From Monocercomonoides exilis PA203 (taxonomy: Eukaryota > Protista > Preaxostyla), in the NCBI GenBank assembly GCA_001643675.2, contig LSRY02000037.1, positions 1-64,000 of the forward strand: DNA of 64,000 nucleotides, given 5' to 3'. The position numbers were made by a program, and so were the translations under genes. Below, piece after piece: positions 25,440-38,034 of this stretch. Each line of letters begins with the position of its first letter. The first letter of the stretch is position 1. Under the pieces are notes generated by a model. That model made no database searches and was not told the DNA's origin. It saw nothing but the letters and a program-made list of their open reading frames with translations.

Positions 25440-25925
25440 CATCGGGTGATGTTATAAAGGAAGTTGTGTGTGCGTAAGATGTGGTGCTTTCAGCGATGCT
25501 TTCGGTTCCGCTGGTAGCACCGCTTCCTTCGCTTGCAGCGTCTGTGGGAACGAAATCGGGGAGCAAGCGGATCTTTGCGGAAGCAGATGTGAATGCGTTC
25601 CCGTCAATCGACGATCTGTTTGACCTGTAGCTGCAGCTCTGGAGATCGCAACAGTCGAGGCGTGTGATGGTGAAGCTGGGTGATGACATGACAGGGCGAG
25701 GGGTTGTAGTGTGCGAAGGGGGTGAGATTGTGGAGAAGACGTTGGAGTTGGTGGAGTTGAGGATGGAGGATGTGGTTTTGTCACCAGCTGCGATTGGCCT
25801 GGCAGTACAGGAGGAGCGAGAAAAGGCAAAGTTAAATGTGAAGAAGGTGAAGAAGAAGAAGGACGTGGTACAAAAAGATAACAGGCTCATTCTGAATTCT
25901 TGGAACAGTTGTTGCATGATGAGCA
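25440..25925 (+). pseudogene. Fragment resembling IQCH (IQ-motif-containing H, ATP-grasp-like region)
   Basis: One frame reads DVVLSAMLSVPLVAPLPSLAASVGTKSGSKRIFAEADV...RVMVKLGDDMTGRGVVVCE, recalling IQCH STKSGSKRIF...WLFKxDxEFGGRG; two in-frame stops. Confidence 0.55.
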
Positions 25926-25944
25926 CAAACATATACTGCTCCTG

Positions 25945-26745
25945 AGTCAAATCTTTGAATCGCAAAGATACAGCCTTCATGTAGCTTAACTCTTTCGGTA
26001 TAAATTTCATCAAATATACAACTTCTTTGCATTGACTTATCTCAAGCACATTTGATGTTGAACCAATCTGTTCCAGTTTGAAATTTGTGATATTGATCTC
26101 ATCTCCATTCAGCAAAAATGAAATCTTCTTGAATGAAAGGAACGATATAGAACAGTTGTCAACATGAAGAATTCCATTTTCAATGTTAAACAATGTTGAA
26201 TTGAGAACAACAGATTCAATGTCTGATTCCAAAATCGAAGAAAAGTCAATAGATGAAAGAGAAAGCCGTCCACTTGTTTCATGAATGATTGAACTTCCAG
26301 AATATGAAAATGATTGATCAAAGTTGAATTTCAATGTTTCAATTCGAATATTCTCTGTGGTTGTGAAAAGACTTACCTCTTAACCAGCAATTGTTGAGTT
26401 CAAATGAACCAAAGCAGCTGAGGGAGATTGCAATGAGCGAATGGTTAAATCATGCACATCACATTCCCCATTGATGATCGTCTCCTTTGAGATTAACAGC
26501 AGCGAAAAGCGTGATGGAATGATGTGTTGCACTCCCACATCCAATGATCCACAAAACAAGATGAACTCTCCACATTGCTTTCTATCTCTGCAGTTGCCTG
26601 TTGCAAAAGATACAAATATCTTCTCGCTCTGGAATTTCACAACCCTCAGCAGAAGATCTTCTTACCCCACAAATAAGTCTTCTGTGCAGCCCCATATCAC
26701 ACTCTTTCACAAATGAAGTTTTTCAAGTTTATCAAAAATTTTGAA
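25945..26745 (-). pseudogene. Beta-helix surface-protein family fragment interrupted by the pogo element
   Basis: KIFVSFATGNCRDRKQCGEFILFCGSLDVGVQHI and FNFDQSFSYSGSSIIHETSGRLSLSSIDF are family-like; contains frameshifts and stops. Confidence 0.55.
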
Positions 26746-26747
26746 TA

Positions 26748-28781
26748 GAGTGATTTATAAAACCGAACTTTTTAAAAACCCGGACTTTTTTTTAATAATG
26801 AGTTGATTTTTCCCACTTTTAATATTTTTTATATTGTTTTCAGTATATAAGGAAAAATCAGCAGTCAGAAATTAAGATTAAATTGCAATTCCTAATCTCT
26901 GATAAGTGTGGGGGTTTGCTCCTCTATCTCTGATTAGTGCCTCCCCTGAGGAGATTAGGTAATAACAAATGGGCTGTCTAAGTTAAAGTAAAATCGAAAA
27001 TATTTTTTTTTTTTGATTTTTTTCATTTCAAATATTATTTTTTAATTAAAATGAAAAAAAGATCATTACCAGAATATTTTTTTAATGAGTATTGTTAAAA
27101 ACTTTAAAGAACGTGGATTGTTAATTCTTCGAGAAAAAATGATGTCATTTGAATACCGAAGAATTGAAAATCGATTAGAACACATGGAGCGGATAGTTGT
27201 TGATGGACATGCTCGAATCGTTTGTGCAATAAATACCAAAGAGTTCTCTCGTTCAGCAGTAATCAGAGCAGTTTCAGCAGTTGAAAGCGGCAGAGCTGTT
27301 GGAAAATCTGGCAGGTCAGAACTATTCAAAGAAGAAGACATAGACATTATTGTTGGAGTTATAAAAATCTAAAGCTTATCCGGAACAATATAAAATGCCA
27401 AGAGAACAAGAGAATTAGTTCGATTACACATTTATATATCTTTCATATTTAATATTAAATTATTTCGGATGGAATCCGTCCTTTCCGATAAAAAAAGACG
27501 ATCAGAAACAGAAGTTGATAAAAACGCCAGTGTGTCCAAAGCATATCCATATCTATTTGCAAAAAGGAATTCAGAGCTCAAAACCTCCATGCCAAAAAAT
27601 GTGGATATCCAACGTCTTTCTGTATCCAACCAACAAGCTCTTCTTCCTTTCTACGAGCTTCTTCAAAATCTTCACAATTCACATCATTATTCACCTTCCT
27701 TGATCTTTAACGCCGATGAATCTTCGCTCCGCCTATCTTATTCCTTCAAAACCCTTGCGATTCACCCTTCAGGAGTTCCAGCTGTATTTCATGCAACACC
27801 CACAAACATGCCAAATGCCACTTTGGTTGTCGCAGCTGCTGCAGATAGACATTCTCTCAAAAGCGTTGTATTGTGGCCATGTCACAAATTACCAAAGGAA
27901 ATGCGAGTTCTTCGAAGCGCATTCATTGATGTTTGGGATAACAACGATGGATGGATGACGGAAAGCATATTTCAAAGATACGTAGAAGAGGTTTTATTAA
28001 CTGGAATCATCGAAATAAGGAAAATATTAATGAAAACCAACGAGATATGTCTTCTTTTTTTGGATTCTCATTATTCTCGGGCTCAGCCAGATGTCTGGTA
28101 GAAATTTGCTGATAACAACATTGACGTCGTCACTTTTATTCCTCACAGTTCACACATCACACAACCTCTTGATCGTGGTGTGTTTGCTGTCTTCAAAAAA
28201 TGCATCAACTCTCTGTTCTCTGTGCCTTCGGATTCTTCCATTTCTCTCTGATGTGAGGCCATCTCTGACATTTTTCCACAAACTCTTCAGACAACATTGC
28301 ATCCAACAACTGTTGTTTCTTCGTTCAAAAGAAGCGGCGTGCTTTCAAACGAGTGACATTCAGAATTATCAACACTTCCAAAGGAACCTTCGGTAACACT
28401 GAAAAAGAGAACACACAGGTTTGATTTTTTTGGAAAAATTATAACTGAAAAAAAATTTCTTGAAGAATGGAAAAAAGAAAAGAAAATGAAAGAAGATAAG
28501 AAAAGAAAACATAATAATGATGAAAAAGAAGAAAAAATACTTTTCGCTGCTGAAAAGCCCAAAAAAAGAAGATTTTATAAATCCCACATTTTGAATGATG
28601 ATATTTTGGATGATGAATCAAAGCAGAAAAATTCCAGAAAAATTGAAAAAAGAGAACTTGTTGATTACGTTTATTATTGATCATTTCAATTTTCAAAATT
28701 TAAACATGATTGCTTGAAAAAAAAAATTATTTTTTTATTTCAAACAAAAATAAAAAAAAAGTTCGGGTTTATAAATCACCC
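26748..28781 (+). mobile_element. pogo-type (DDE_1 / Tc1-mariner superfamily) DNA transposon, decayed
   Basis: TA|GAGTGATTTATAAAACCGAACTTTTT ... AAAAAGTTCGGGTTTATAAATCACCC|TA (TIRs plus TA duplication). Transposase remnant 27085-28680 with IFNADES, LFLDSH and QPLDRGVF, several stops, and intron 27418-27468 whose acceptor is mutated to GG. Confidence 0.9.
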
Positions 28782-29339
28782 TAAATTATTCGTTTTTCAC
28801 ATTTGTTTGTCACTAATAAAACTATCTCAGACAACCTTTTCCAACCTTTTTATCATCATAAAGAAAATAATTTAATTCAGATATTTTTACACTTTATTTC
28901 TCGATAAGCTTTCCAATAGAAAAAATATTTTTTATTTTTAATGAATATTCTCACTATTTTTTTTTGAATTATTCACAAATAATTGCAATGTCTCCAATGC
29001 AATGAACATAATAAAAAGATATTTAGATATGATTCATTTTTTGACATTATTTTTTTAATAAAAGCATTCTGAAGATGACGATTTCTTTAGATAACATCAA
29101 AACCTTTGTTTTTCAATTATTGAAAACTGTCACTCATGTTTATCTGACATAAAATATTGTTTCTCAATAAAAATATATAAAATAAAGATGAATTTTTCAA
29201 AAATTATTGTGAAATTTTGTGGAAAATGCCATAGTTTATTCCATTGAAATGATTAAAAAAGTGACAGAGAATAATTAAAACAATGCTTAAATGTTAATAC
29301 AACACATCAAACGGTTTCTGAACAAGAAATAAATTTGCT

Positions 29340-31996
29340 AATAATTTCTTCTGATTACAATTACATCGATGTTTTTGAGTCTCAAATTCTGATCTTTGAA
29401 ACGCATTCCAATTGTCTGAAAAAAAAATTATTTAGCCTTTTCAAAGGTCTCATTTTTTGGGTAACTGCCGCTGAATTTCCATCAATTTTTCGAACATTTC
29501 CTTCAATTGTGCTTCTTTGCTTGATACATCATCAAATTTCTTCTTAACAGAGCATATTTCTTTTTTGTATCTCTCTTCCACCTCTTCAATTTCTTGTTCA
29601 TTATCTTTTATTTGCTTGGTCAATTGTTTAATTCGCTGCTTCAATTGATTCTGCGCTTTCGTTAACGATTGATTATCATAAGAAAGCACTCTTGAAACAA
29701 ATCCAACAGAAATTAAAAACATTCAATAAAATCTAACCAGTTTCAAAAAAAAATATCAAAAATCACACCTCTCTCTTTGCTGCACATCATCAAGGGATTT
29801 TGTTAAAATTGCAATTCGTTCGTCTTTTTCCTTCAAAAGAGAAACCAGCGATGGCTCAGAGGTTGAACTTGAAGCAATGTTTGAAGTGCTTCGGAAGACA
29901 GGCGCAATTGAATTCTTTTCCGAATCTAATACAGCAGACTGATATGATGATCCTTCAACAGGAGAAGTCCTTTGCAACTGCCAATAAATGAGAAAAGATA
30001 GTTTTTGTTTTATTGAATAAAAAAAAAATTTTTTTTTGGCAAAGACATATTAGTAACAATGATAATTAATAAATGTATCAAAAAATGCAAAAACATACTT
30101 GCTGCTTAATTTCTTCATTCCTTTTCAGAGTGACTTCCAATTCATCTCTCAATTTCTTGTTTTCATCTTCCAGAGCAAACAGCAGTCTGTCTTTTTCTTT
30201 TCCTTTTTCCTTCAGCTCTGTTATAATTATCAGCAGATGCGCAATATCAGCTTGTGACGTTGATAGGGCAGCCTCAGAAAACATCATTTTCTTGTCTTTC
30301 ATTCGTTCGCTCTCTGCTTTTCCTTGGCTCGCTGCTTCTTTTCTTGCGTCCTTTTCCTCTCCCATCCTCTCATTTCTTTCATCGTCACTTCCTTTTCCTT
30401 TCAGTCTGCTGACTTCTCTGCTCAGAATGCTGGCTTTCTCTTTCTCTTTGTTGCACTCAACTTCACACACTTGCAGCTGCGCCTTAGCCGAAGCCAAGTC
30501 CATCGTCAGTTTCGCAATTTGCTCAGTCTGTTGAGTCAACTGCGAAACGATGCTGAGCGAATGAGTGCCATTCTGTCGCAATCTATAAATAAAAAAAAAA
30601 AAGAAAGAAAGAAAAGAAAAATAAAAACAAAACAATTAATAAATAAACAAAATAATTTTTAAAAATATTGTTAAAAATAAAACAATCAAAGAAAATATCA
30701 ATTGAAAATACGAAGATTTCCTAAATAAACAAAGCATACTCGTTGTGAAGTGAGCTTATTGTCTTATTGAGTGAACTCTTCTCTGTTTTCAGCTGAATAA
30801 TTTCCTCGTCTTTTTGCTGAAGTGCTTGCCGGCATTTGCTAAGTTTAAATCAACCACAACAAAATAATAAATAAAAAAACCAATACTGTTTTTTTAAAAA
30901 AAAATTGTTCACTAACCATATTTCTTCTTCCCATTCATCCTTTTTTCGTTTGAAAATTTCCGCTCTTTCTGTTTCCTTTTCTTTTGCTTCAATTCTCATT
31001 CTTTTGATCTCCTCGTCTTTTCTTTTGCTTTCTTCGCTATTTACTTCTGCCTTCTTTTCAGCCTCATTCAGCTGCATATGAAGTGAATCATTTTCCTCAA
31101 AAAGCTCTCCACATTTCTGTATGTTTATCCAAAAAGTTCACAAAAAAAAAAATAAAAATAAAAAACCAATATCATAGTGACCAACAACAGAATCAAACCG
31201 TCTTTAATTTTTCAACTCTTTCTTTTTCTTGTTTAATTCCTTTCTCAATTTGTTGAATATACTCTTTCTGCTTTGAAACTGTTGCTGTCTCATCTTCCAT
31301 TCTTTCTTTTTCTTTCTTCTCTTGTTCTCGCTTCGTCTTCAATTCCATATTTGCTAATTCATCCTGAACGCAATCATACACTGCGCACTTCATCCAATCA
31401 ACAAACGATAATGACGCAGATGGATCATCACGCAATGTGGAATATTCTTCCTTTGTTAACAAAAGTTTACTAAATTGTGGTTTCAACTTGATAAGATATT
31501 TCTCAAAAGAACTTTCTGTAACTTCATCATCTTTGTGAGATGTCATATTTGAAGATTGTGATTCAGTTGCTCGTCTGAATATTTTTGAAAAAAATACAAA
31601 AATCATCAATAATCTAATAAACTTTAACATACGATTCTAGCAGTGAAAGATAGCGTTCTTCTGCTTTCTCAACTTCTTCCTGAGATAAACCTTAACATCG
31701 GCATATATTTTTTTTAAAAAACTTTAAAAAAATCAAACTTAGTTGTTGCTCCAAGTCTGATATTCTTGCTTGAAGTCTTTTGACAAGAAAAGTATCTTTA
31801 AATAGATAAAGGATCATAAAAGTCATTTATTTATGTGAACTAAAATAAAATACCTGAGTTTTGAGGTGAATCATCAAATGTACTGACTTCTGTATCATCT
31901 AAATTTGAAACAGTCTTATCATTCGATTAACTTCAAAATTTTCATTAAACTACAAAAATGCGATACAGATAAAAACGATTCATCGTCTATTTCCAT
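29340..31996 (-). CDS. Multi-exon coiled-coil protein, PIBF1/CEP90-like
   Basis: Heptad-rich exons between short GT-AG introns. LLLTKEEYSTLRDDPSASLSFVDWMKCAVYDCV recalls PIBF1 [32 protein letters not shown]. Ends approximate. Confidence 0.5.
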
Positions 31997-32489
31997 TTTC
32001 TATTAAAATAACTTTATATTTAATGAAAAAAATTTAAAAAGAAAATTGAATATTTCCCATAAAATAATTTGAATTAACATCTAAATTAATTCTGAGTGTA
32101 ATAAACTTAAAATAAAAGCATTTTCGAGATGATTTTCATTCAAATAATATCAAATAAGTTGAAATAATTGCATATACAGAATTCTGAGAACGAAAAAATT
32201 ATTCATCTAATAGATAAAATACTCATTTTTCTAACAAAAAATTAAAATGAAAATGAAAATGAAAAATAAAATTAAAATAAAAATAAACATAAAATGAATA
32301 ACAAAAAATAAGTTCTATAAATAATCATAATTTACACAAAAACAATTTCTAAAAAAATTATAATATTTAATTATTTTATTTTATTTTTTTTAAAAAAGCA
32401 ACCATTTTTAAAAAGATATTTCAACTCAGACAAAAAAAGAAATAAATAATTGTTCAAAATTCACAGTTATGCAAATTTCATATTGGCTT

Positions 32490-32787
32490 CTAAAGAAGAG
32501 TGGGTGAGGAAGGTTTCATGAAAGAGGAAGAAGAAGAGGGAGAAGAAGAGGAAGAAGGAGAAAGAGAAGAAGAGGAAGGAGAGGAAGAAGAAGAAGAAGA
32601 AGAAGAAGAAAGAGAAGAAGATTTTCTATGTTTGTGTCTTTTGTGATTATAATGTCTATGATGATTTCTCTTCTTCTCTTCATCATCATCATCATCTTCT
32701 TCTTCTTCTTCTTCTCTTCTATTACTTTCAGATTCTGAGGTTGTGTCAACAAGAATGAAAGAGGAAGAGGAAGAAGAACTGATTGAA

Positions 32788-32819
<32 letters not shown>

Positions 32820-33165
32820 AAGAGAAGAAGATGATGATGATGAAATTTCATCTTCATCTTCATCTTCATTATTTATTTTCTTCTTTTTCTCTTTCACTTT
32901 CTTCTTCTTCTCTTTGTCCTCCTTCTCTTTTTCTTTCTCCTTCTCCTTCTCTTTCTTCTCCTTCTCTATCTTTTCTCTGTGTGAATGTGAATGTGAATGA
33001 AGATGAGTGTTTTTGTGTCTGCCTCGAAAGGGAGGAATAACCAGCTGCTGCGGAGAAATGTGGAATGTGACATGAGGATGAGAAGAGGGAGGAGAGGGAG
33101 AAGGAGAAGAGGAAGAGGAGGAGGAGGAAGAGGGAGATGATGATGATGATGAAGAGGAGGAGGAG

Positions 33166-33197
<32 letters not shown>

Positions 33198-33408
33198 GGA
33201 AGAGGAAGAAAAAGGTGGAGGATGAGAGGAAGGAGAAGGAAGAGAGGGAAAGGGAGAAGGAGAAGGAGAAGAGGAAGAAGAAGAAGAGGAAGATGTTGTG
33301 ATTTCAATTGGAGATGAAGAAGAATAAGCATAAGTTTCACTCTTGTAAGGAGGAGGAGAAATATGATGAAGTGGATCAGATGATATGTTGTGTGGTGAAT
33401 GAGAAGAA

Positions 33409-33440
<32 letters not shown>

Positions 33441-34124
33441 AGAGGAGGAAGAAGAAGAAGGGGAGGAGGAAGAAGAAGGGGAGGAGGAAGAGGAAGAGGA
33501 GGAGGAAGAGGAGGAAGAAGAGGAAGAAAGAGAAGAAGAAGGTTGAGAAAGAAGAACGTTGTGTGGTGAATGAGATGTTTGAAGTGATTGTGAATGAATA
33601 GAATGCGAAAGAGGAGGAGAAGAAGAAATTGAAGAGGAAGAGTGAGAGGAAGATGAAGATGTTGATTGAGGAAATGGTGAATGGGAAGAAGAAAAGGAAG
33701 AGGAAGAGAAGGAAGAAGAAGAAAGAGAAGAGGAAGACGAGGAAGAAGAAGAAGAAGAAAGCAATTTTTGGAAAGATTTTTCGACAGATTTTCCATCTTC
33801 ATCGACAATCACAAAAAGATAAGTGTCATCTTCTGCATTTGAAGAAGAAGAGGGAAAAGAAGAGGAAGAGGAAGAAGAAGAAGGAAAGGAAGAAGGAAAA
33901 GAAGAGGAGGAAGAGGAAAAAGAAGAAGACAACAAACAATTATTGTTTGTTTCTTCATTCTTCTTTTCCATTTGAGAAGAAGAATTTTCATCAAAACTGT
34001 TGTGAAGATTGGGAGAAGGCAAAAGTTTCAATGCAATTGGAGCAGAAAGGAAAGGTTTAGAGGGAGGAGGAAGAGAAGAAGAAGAAGAAGAAGAAGAAAA
34101 GGGAGAAGATGGAGAAGAGGGAAG

Positions 34125-34157
<33 letters not shown>

Positions 34158-37100
34158 AGAAATTGAAGAAGCAGGAAGAGGAGGAGGAAAAGAAGGAGAA
34201 GCATGACTAAAGGAAGGGAGAGTTATATTAGAAGAAGAAGAGGAGGAGGAGGAGGAAGAAGAAGAGGAAGATGGCAGCAAAGAATTTGTTGCTATTGTGA
34301 AAGAAGAAGAAGAAGGAAAAGAAATGTTTGAAGAAGAAGAAGAAGAGAAAGAGGAGAAAGAGGAGAAAGAGGAGGAAGAGGAGGAAGAAGAAGAAGGAAA
34401 TGAAGAAGAGGAAGAAGAAGAAGAAGGAAGAGGAGGGCGTGGAATGAAGAAATCAACAGGAGCTGTTGAAGAAGCAATCGAAGTGTTTTGTGTGAGAGAA
34501 AGAGGAGGAATAAAAGAAGAAGAGGAGGAAGAAGAGGAAGAAGAAGGAAAAGAAGAAGAAGAAGAAGAAGCAATTAAATTAGAAGAAGAAGTATTAGAAG
34601 AAGCAGAAGAAGAGAAGAAGACAGGAGCAAGCGGAGAAGGTTTGAATGTAGTGCGGGACAAACCAGCCTCTTTCGCATAGTCAAAAGCAGACGCCTCGAA
34701 TTTTGCTCTTCTTTTCATCGCTCTTTCCCTCCTCCTCTCCAAATCCCATGCAAATTCATCGTCATCATCATCATCTTCTTCTTCTTCCTCTTCCTCTTCC
34801 TCTTCCTCTTCGATTTCTTCTTCTTCTCCTTCTTTCCCCTTCTTCTTCATTCTTCTTCTTCTTCTTCCCTTTCCATCATCACCATCATCATCTTCTTCTT
34901 CCTCCTCCTCAGCATCATTTTCATGTTTTTTGCTTCCACTTCTGCTTTTATTCACGCTTTTGTTCTTCCTCACAATTCTTGACTGCGTCAAAGACAAGCC
35001 AAAAATTCTTCTTTTCATCTTTTCGTTCTCTTCATACAACGACTGCACACGATTATGTGGAACTCTTTTGACATTCATGTTGCTTTTCTTCTTTTTCTTC
35101 TTCTTCTTCTTCTCTTTCTCTTTCTTCGCTTCATTATCTTCATTGTCATCTTCTTCTCCTTCTCTTTCTCTCTTTTTCTCTTTCTCTTTTTCTTTATGTT
35201 GTTTCTTCCCTTCACTTTGCTCGTTTTTGCTATGTTTGTGACTTTTTTCCTTCTTTTTCACAATTTCTTCTTCTTCTTCTTCTTCTTCTTCTTTCTTCAT
35301 CATCCTCTTCTTTTCTTTTTCTTTTTCTTTTTCTTTTTCTTCCTTCTCCTTCTCTTCCTTCTCCCTCTTCCTCCTCCTCTTCTCCTCTTTCTCCTTCTCC
35401 TTCTCCCTTCTCCTTAATATTTCTTTGTCTTCCTCTATCACTTTCATCATCTTCTCTTTCTCTCTCTTCAATTGCTCTTTCACTTCTTCATATTTCTTTT
35501 CTTCCACATTCACACACAAATCTTCTGCTGCTAATTTGATTCTAAAATTCTTAACTCCTTTTTTCTTCTCTTCTTCTCTTTCTCCTCTTTCTCTTTCTCT
35601 TTCTCTTTCTCTTTCTCTTTCTCTTTCTCTTTCTCTTTCTCTTTCTCTTTCTCTTTCTCTTTCTCTTTCTCTTTCTTTCTCCTTTTCCTTCTCTTTCTCT
35701 CTCTCCTTCTCTTTCAGCTTCGCTTCTTCTTTCTTTTTGATAGCCAAGTCAAACAAATCGTCTTCTTCGGGAAACAAATTCGGCTCTTTTGGACGGAAAG
35801 GCGCAATTTCTGTGACAGACACAGGGAGAAGAAGATGTTTAGAGGAAGAAGAAGAAGAAGAAGAAGAAGAAGAAGAGGTAATTCCAATAGCTTGTTCTGT
35901 ATTCACAGTTTCTCCTTCTCCTCTTTTTGTTGTTTTTATTTCTTTTCCTCCTTTTGCGCTGTTACTTTTGCTTTTGCTTTTACTCTCACTTTTTCTTTGA
36001 CTTTGACTTTGACTTTTCTCGCTTCTTCTGCTTGTTTCATTCGCTCCTTCCTTCTTTCTCGAAGGAAACAGATTCTCCAACACCACTTCTGTTACGTCGC
36101 TCTCCACACTCAACGAACACACCGACGTTTCTCCGCTGCTACTGCTGATACTACTGCTTCTTCTTCTTTTTCCCCCTCCTCCTTTTTCTTCTTCTTCTCC
36201 TCCTCCTCCTCTCCTTCTCCTCTCTTGTTCTCTTTCTCTTTCATTTTCTCTTCTATGCGAATGATTATGTTGTCTTCTTCCTGTTTTTTCTTTTTCTTTA
36301 TCATTTTCATCATCATCATCATCATCAACCGGTTTCCTTCTCACACTCATCAACATCAGCTGCCTCTCCCTCTCTGCTTTCGCCTTCTCTGTTATCATCA
36401 TCCTCCCTCCTCTTCCCTCTCTCCTTTCTCTCCCTTCTCCTCCTCTTTCCTTCTCATCTCTTCTTCTCTCTCCTCCTTCACTTCCTCCTCCTCCTTCTTC
36501 TTCTCTTCCTCCATAACTCGAACTGCTTGATGTTGATAGAGGTCTCAGTGCCATCCTCGATGAATCAGAGCCTGGCGAATACACGGCAGGAGACGAAGGC
36601 GCAGGGATATATCTTCCTTGTCTCCCCAATCGATGCTTCAAAGCAGCAGCAGAAGAAGAAGAAGAGGAAGAAGAAGATGAAGAAGAGTAAGGAGAAGCAG
36701 ACCAATCATAAACAGAGTCAAATTCGTAGCCCTCACGTGTGAATAAGTCGTGGAACATCTTTCGGAGGAAACTGTAGTCGGGCTTGGCGTCGAAGCGGAG
36801 GTCTGAGGATGGAGGAGAAGAGGTTGGTGAATGAGATGGAGGTGAAATAAAAAGAAAAAAATTTTCAATAAAAAAAAAAAAGAAATGAAATGATATTAAA
36901 AATGAAGAATAGTTGAGGAAACGGAAATGATAAATGAAAAATAATTTTGAATAAAATAGGAAATAAGAAAGAAAGAATTGGATTTTCAAGTTTATCAGAA
37001 GAAAATGACAAATGAAAAATGAATTCATCACACCTCGAATATATTTGAGATAAACAGAAAATTCAGTTGGTAAGTTTTTGCAGAGGATATCAACTGGGAT

Positions 37101-37850
37101 GGTCATTTTCATATCTCCTATTTTCATGTACTTCTCTGTTTTTGTGTGTGCTTTCACACCCATCCATGGCAACTGCCCCACGAGAAAATACACAAACATA
37201 TAGCCAATTGACTCCAAATCATCGCGTCTTGATTGTTCAATTCCTATATGAGTATTGACGCTAGTGTAACGAATTGTTCCTGTGATTCCTTTTGTTTCTC
37301 GATAAGGGATGTGCTTTTTTGTTTTTGAATCTCGAAATTTTTTTGCAAGTCCAAGATCAATCAAATACACCATATGGTCATTTTTTCCTCTTCCAATAAG
37401 AAAATTATCGGGCTTTATATCTCTGTGAATATAATTCCGCGAATGAAGATATTCTATTCGCGCCAAAAACTGCTCAGCAAGCATTAATGTTGTTTTTAAA
37501 CTAAATCGACGTCCGCATTTATTAAAAACATCTTCCAGGCTGGACCCCAAATAATCCATAATCATAACATTATACCCTCCTTCCTTTCCAAGCCACCGAA
37601 TTCGAGGAATTCCTACACCTCCCTGTAATGCTCTATAAACTTTTGCCTCGAAAAATAGTAGTCCTTGTCTTCCATCAGCAGGTTCGACTTTCGCTGCTAT
37701 TTCCTCTTTTGTTGATATTACAATTCCTTTAAAGATAGTTCCAAACGCTCCTGCACCAACTTTTTTATTTGTTGTAAGTCGAAATGTGTTGGCAATTGTC
37801 CATTCTCCAGAATCAGGAAATCCTTCTCCGGGAGAAGATGCCTTGGACAT
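32490..37850 (-). CDS. CK1: Casein kinase 1 family kinase with ~1400-aa low-complexity C-terminal tail; intron 36803-37033
   Basis: GAGAFG, IHRDIKPDNFL, IDLGLAK, GTIRYTSVNTH, EQSRRDDLES. Splicing 37033-36803 restores YIRDLRFDAKPDY. Extent of the tail is less certain than the kinase domain. Confidence 0.92.
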
Positions 37851-38034
37851 ATTGTAAAATTTTTGGCTCAGCTACTGAGACCAAAAGAAATTGATAATTC
37901 AGAAAAACAGCAAAACGTAAAAATTGAAGATCATAACCAAAATGTTTGATTCAAAAAATATCCAAAAACTATTCAAATGCACGCAAACATATTCAATATG
38001 TGCAATTTTAGATTATATGAATTCAGGAAAAGTT

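Noticed and set aside
25318-26334. 338-aa minus-strand ORF as a single gene
   Set aside because: Chimeric: the first part is a beta-helix relic and the rest is the antisense of the IQCH-like fragment.
17480-28680. Alternative genetic code (TAA/TAG read as Gln) to explain in-frame stops
   Set aside because: Stops of all three kinds, frameshifts and catalytic mutations are confined to decayed elements; conserved genes are uninterrupted and end in TAA, TAG or TGA.
32516-36530. Poly-L, poly-E and poly-F ORFs in other frames over the CK1 tail
   Set aside because: Alternative readings of TCT/GAA repeats.
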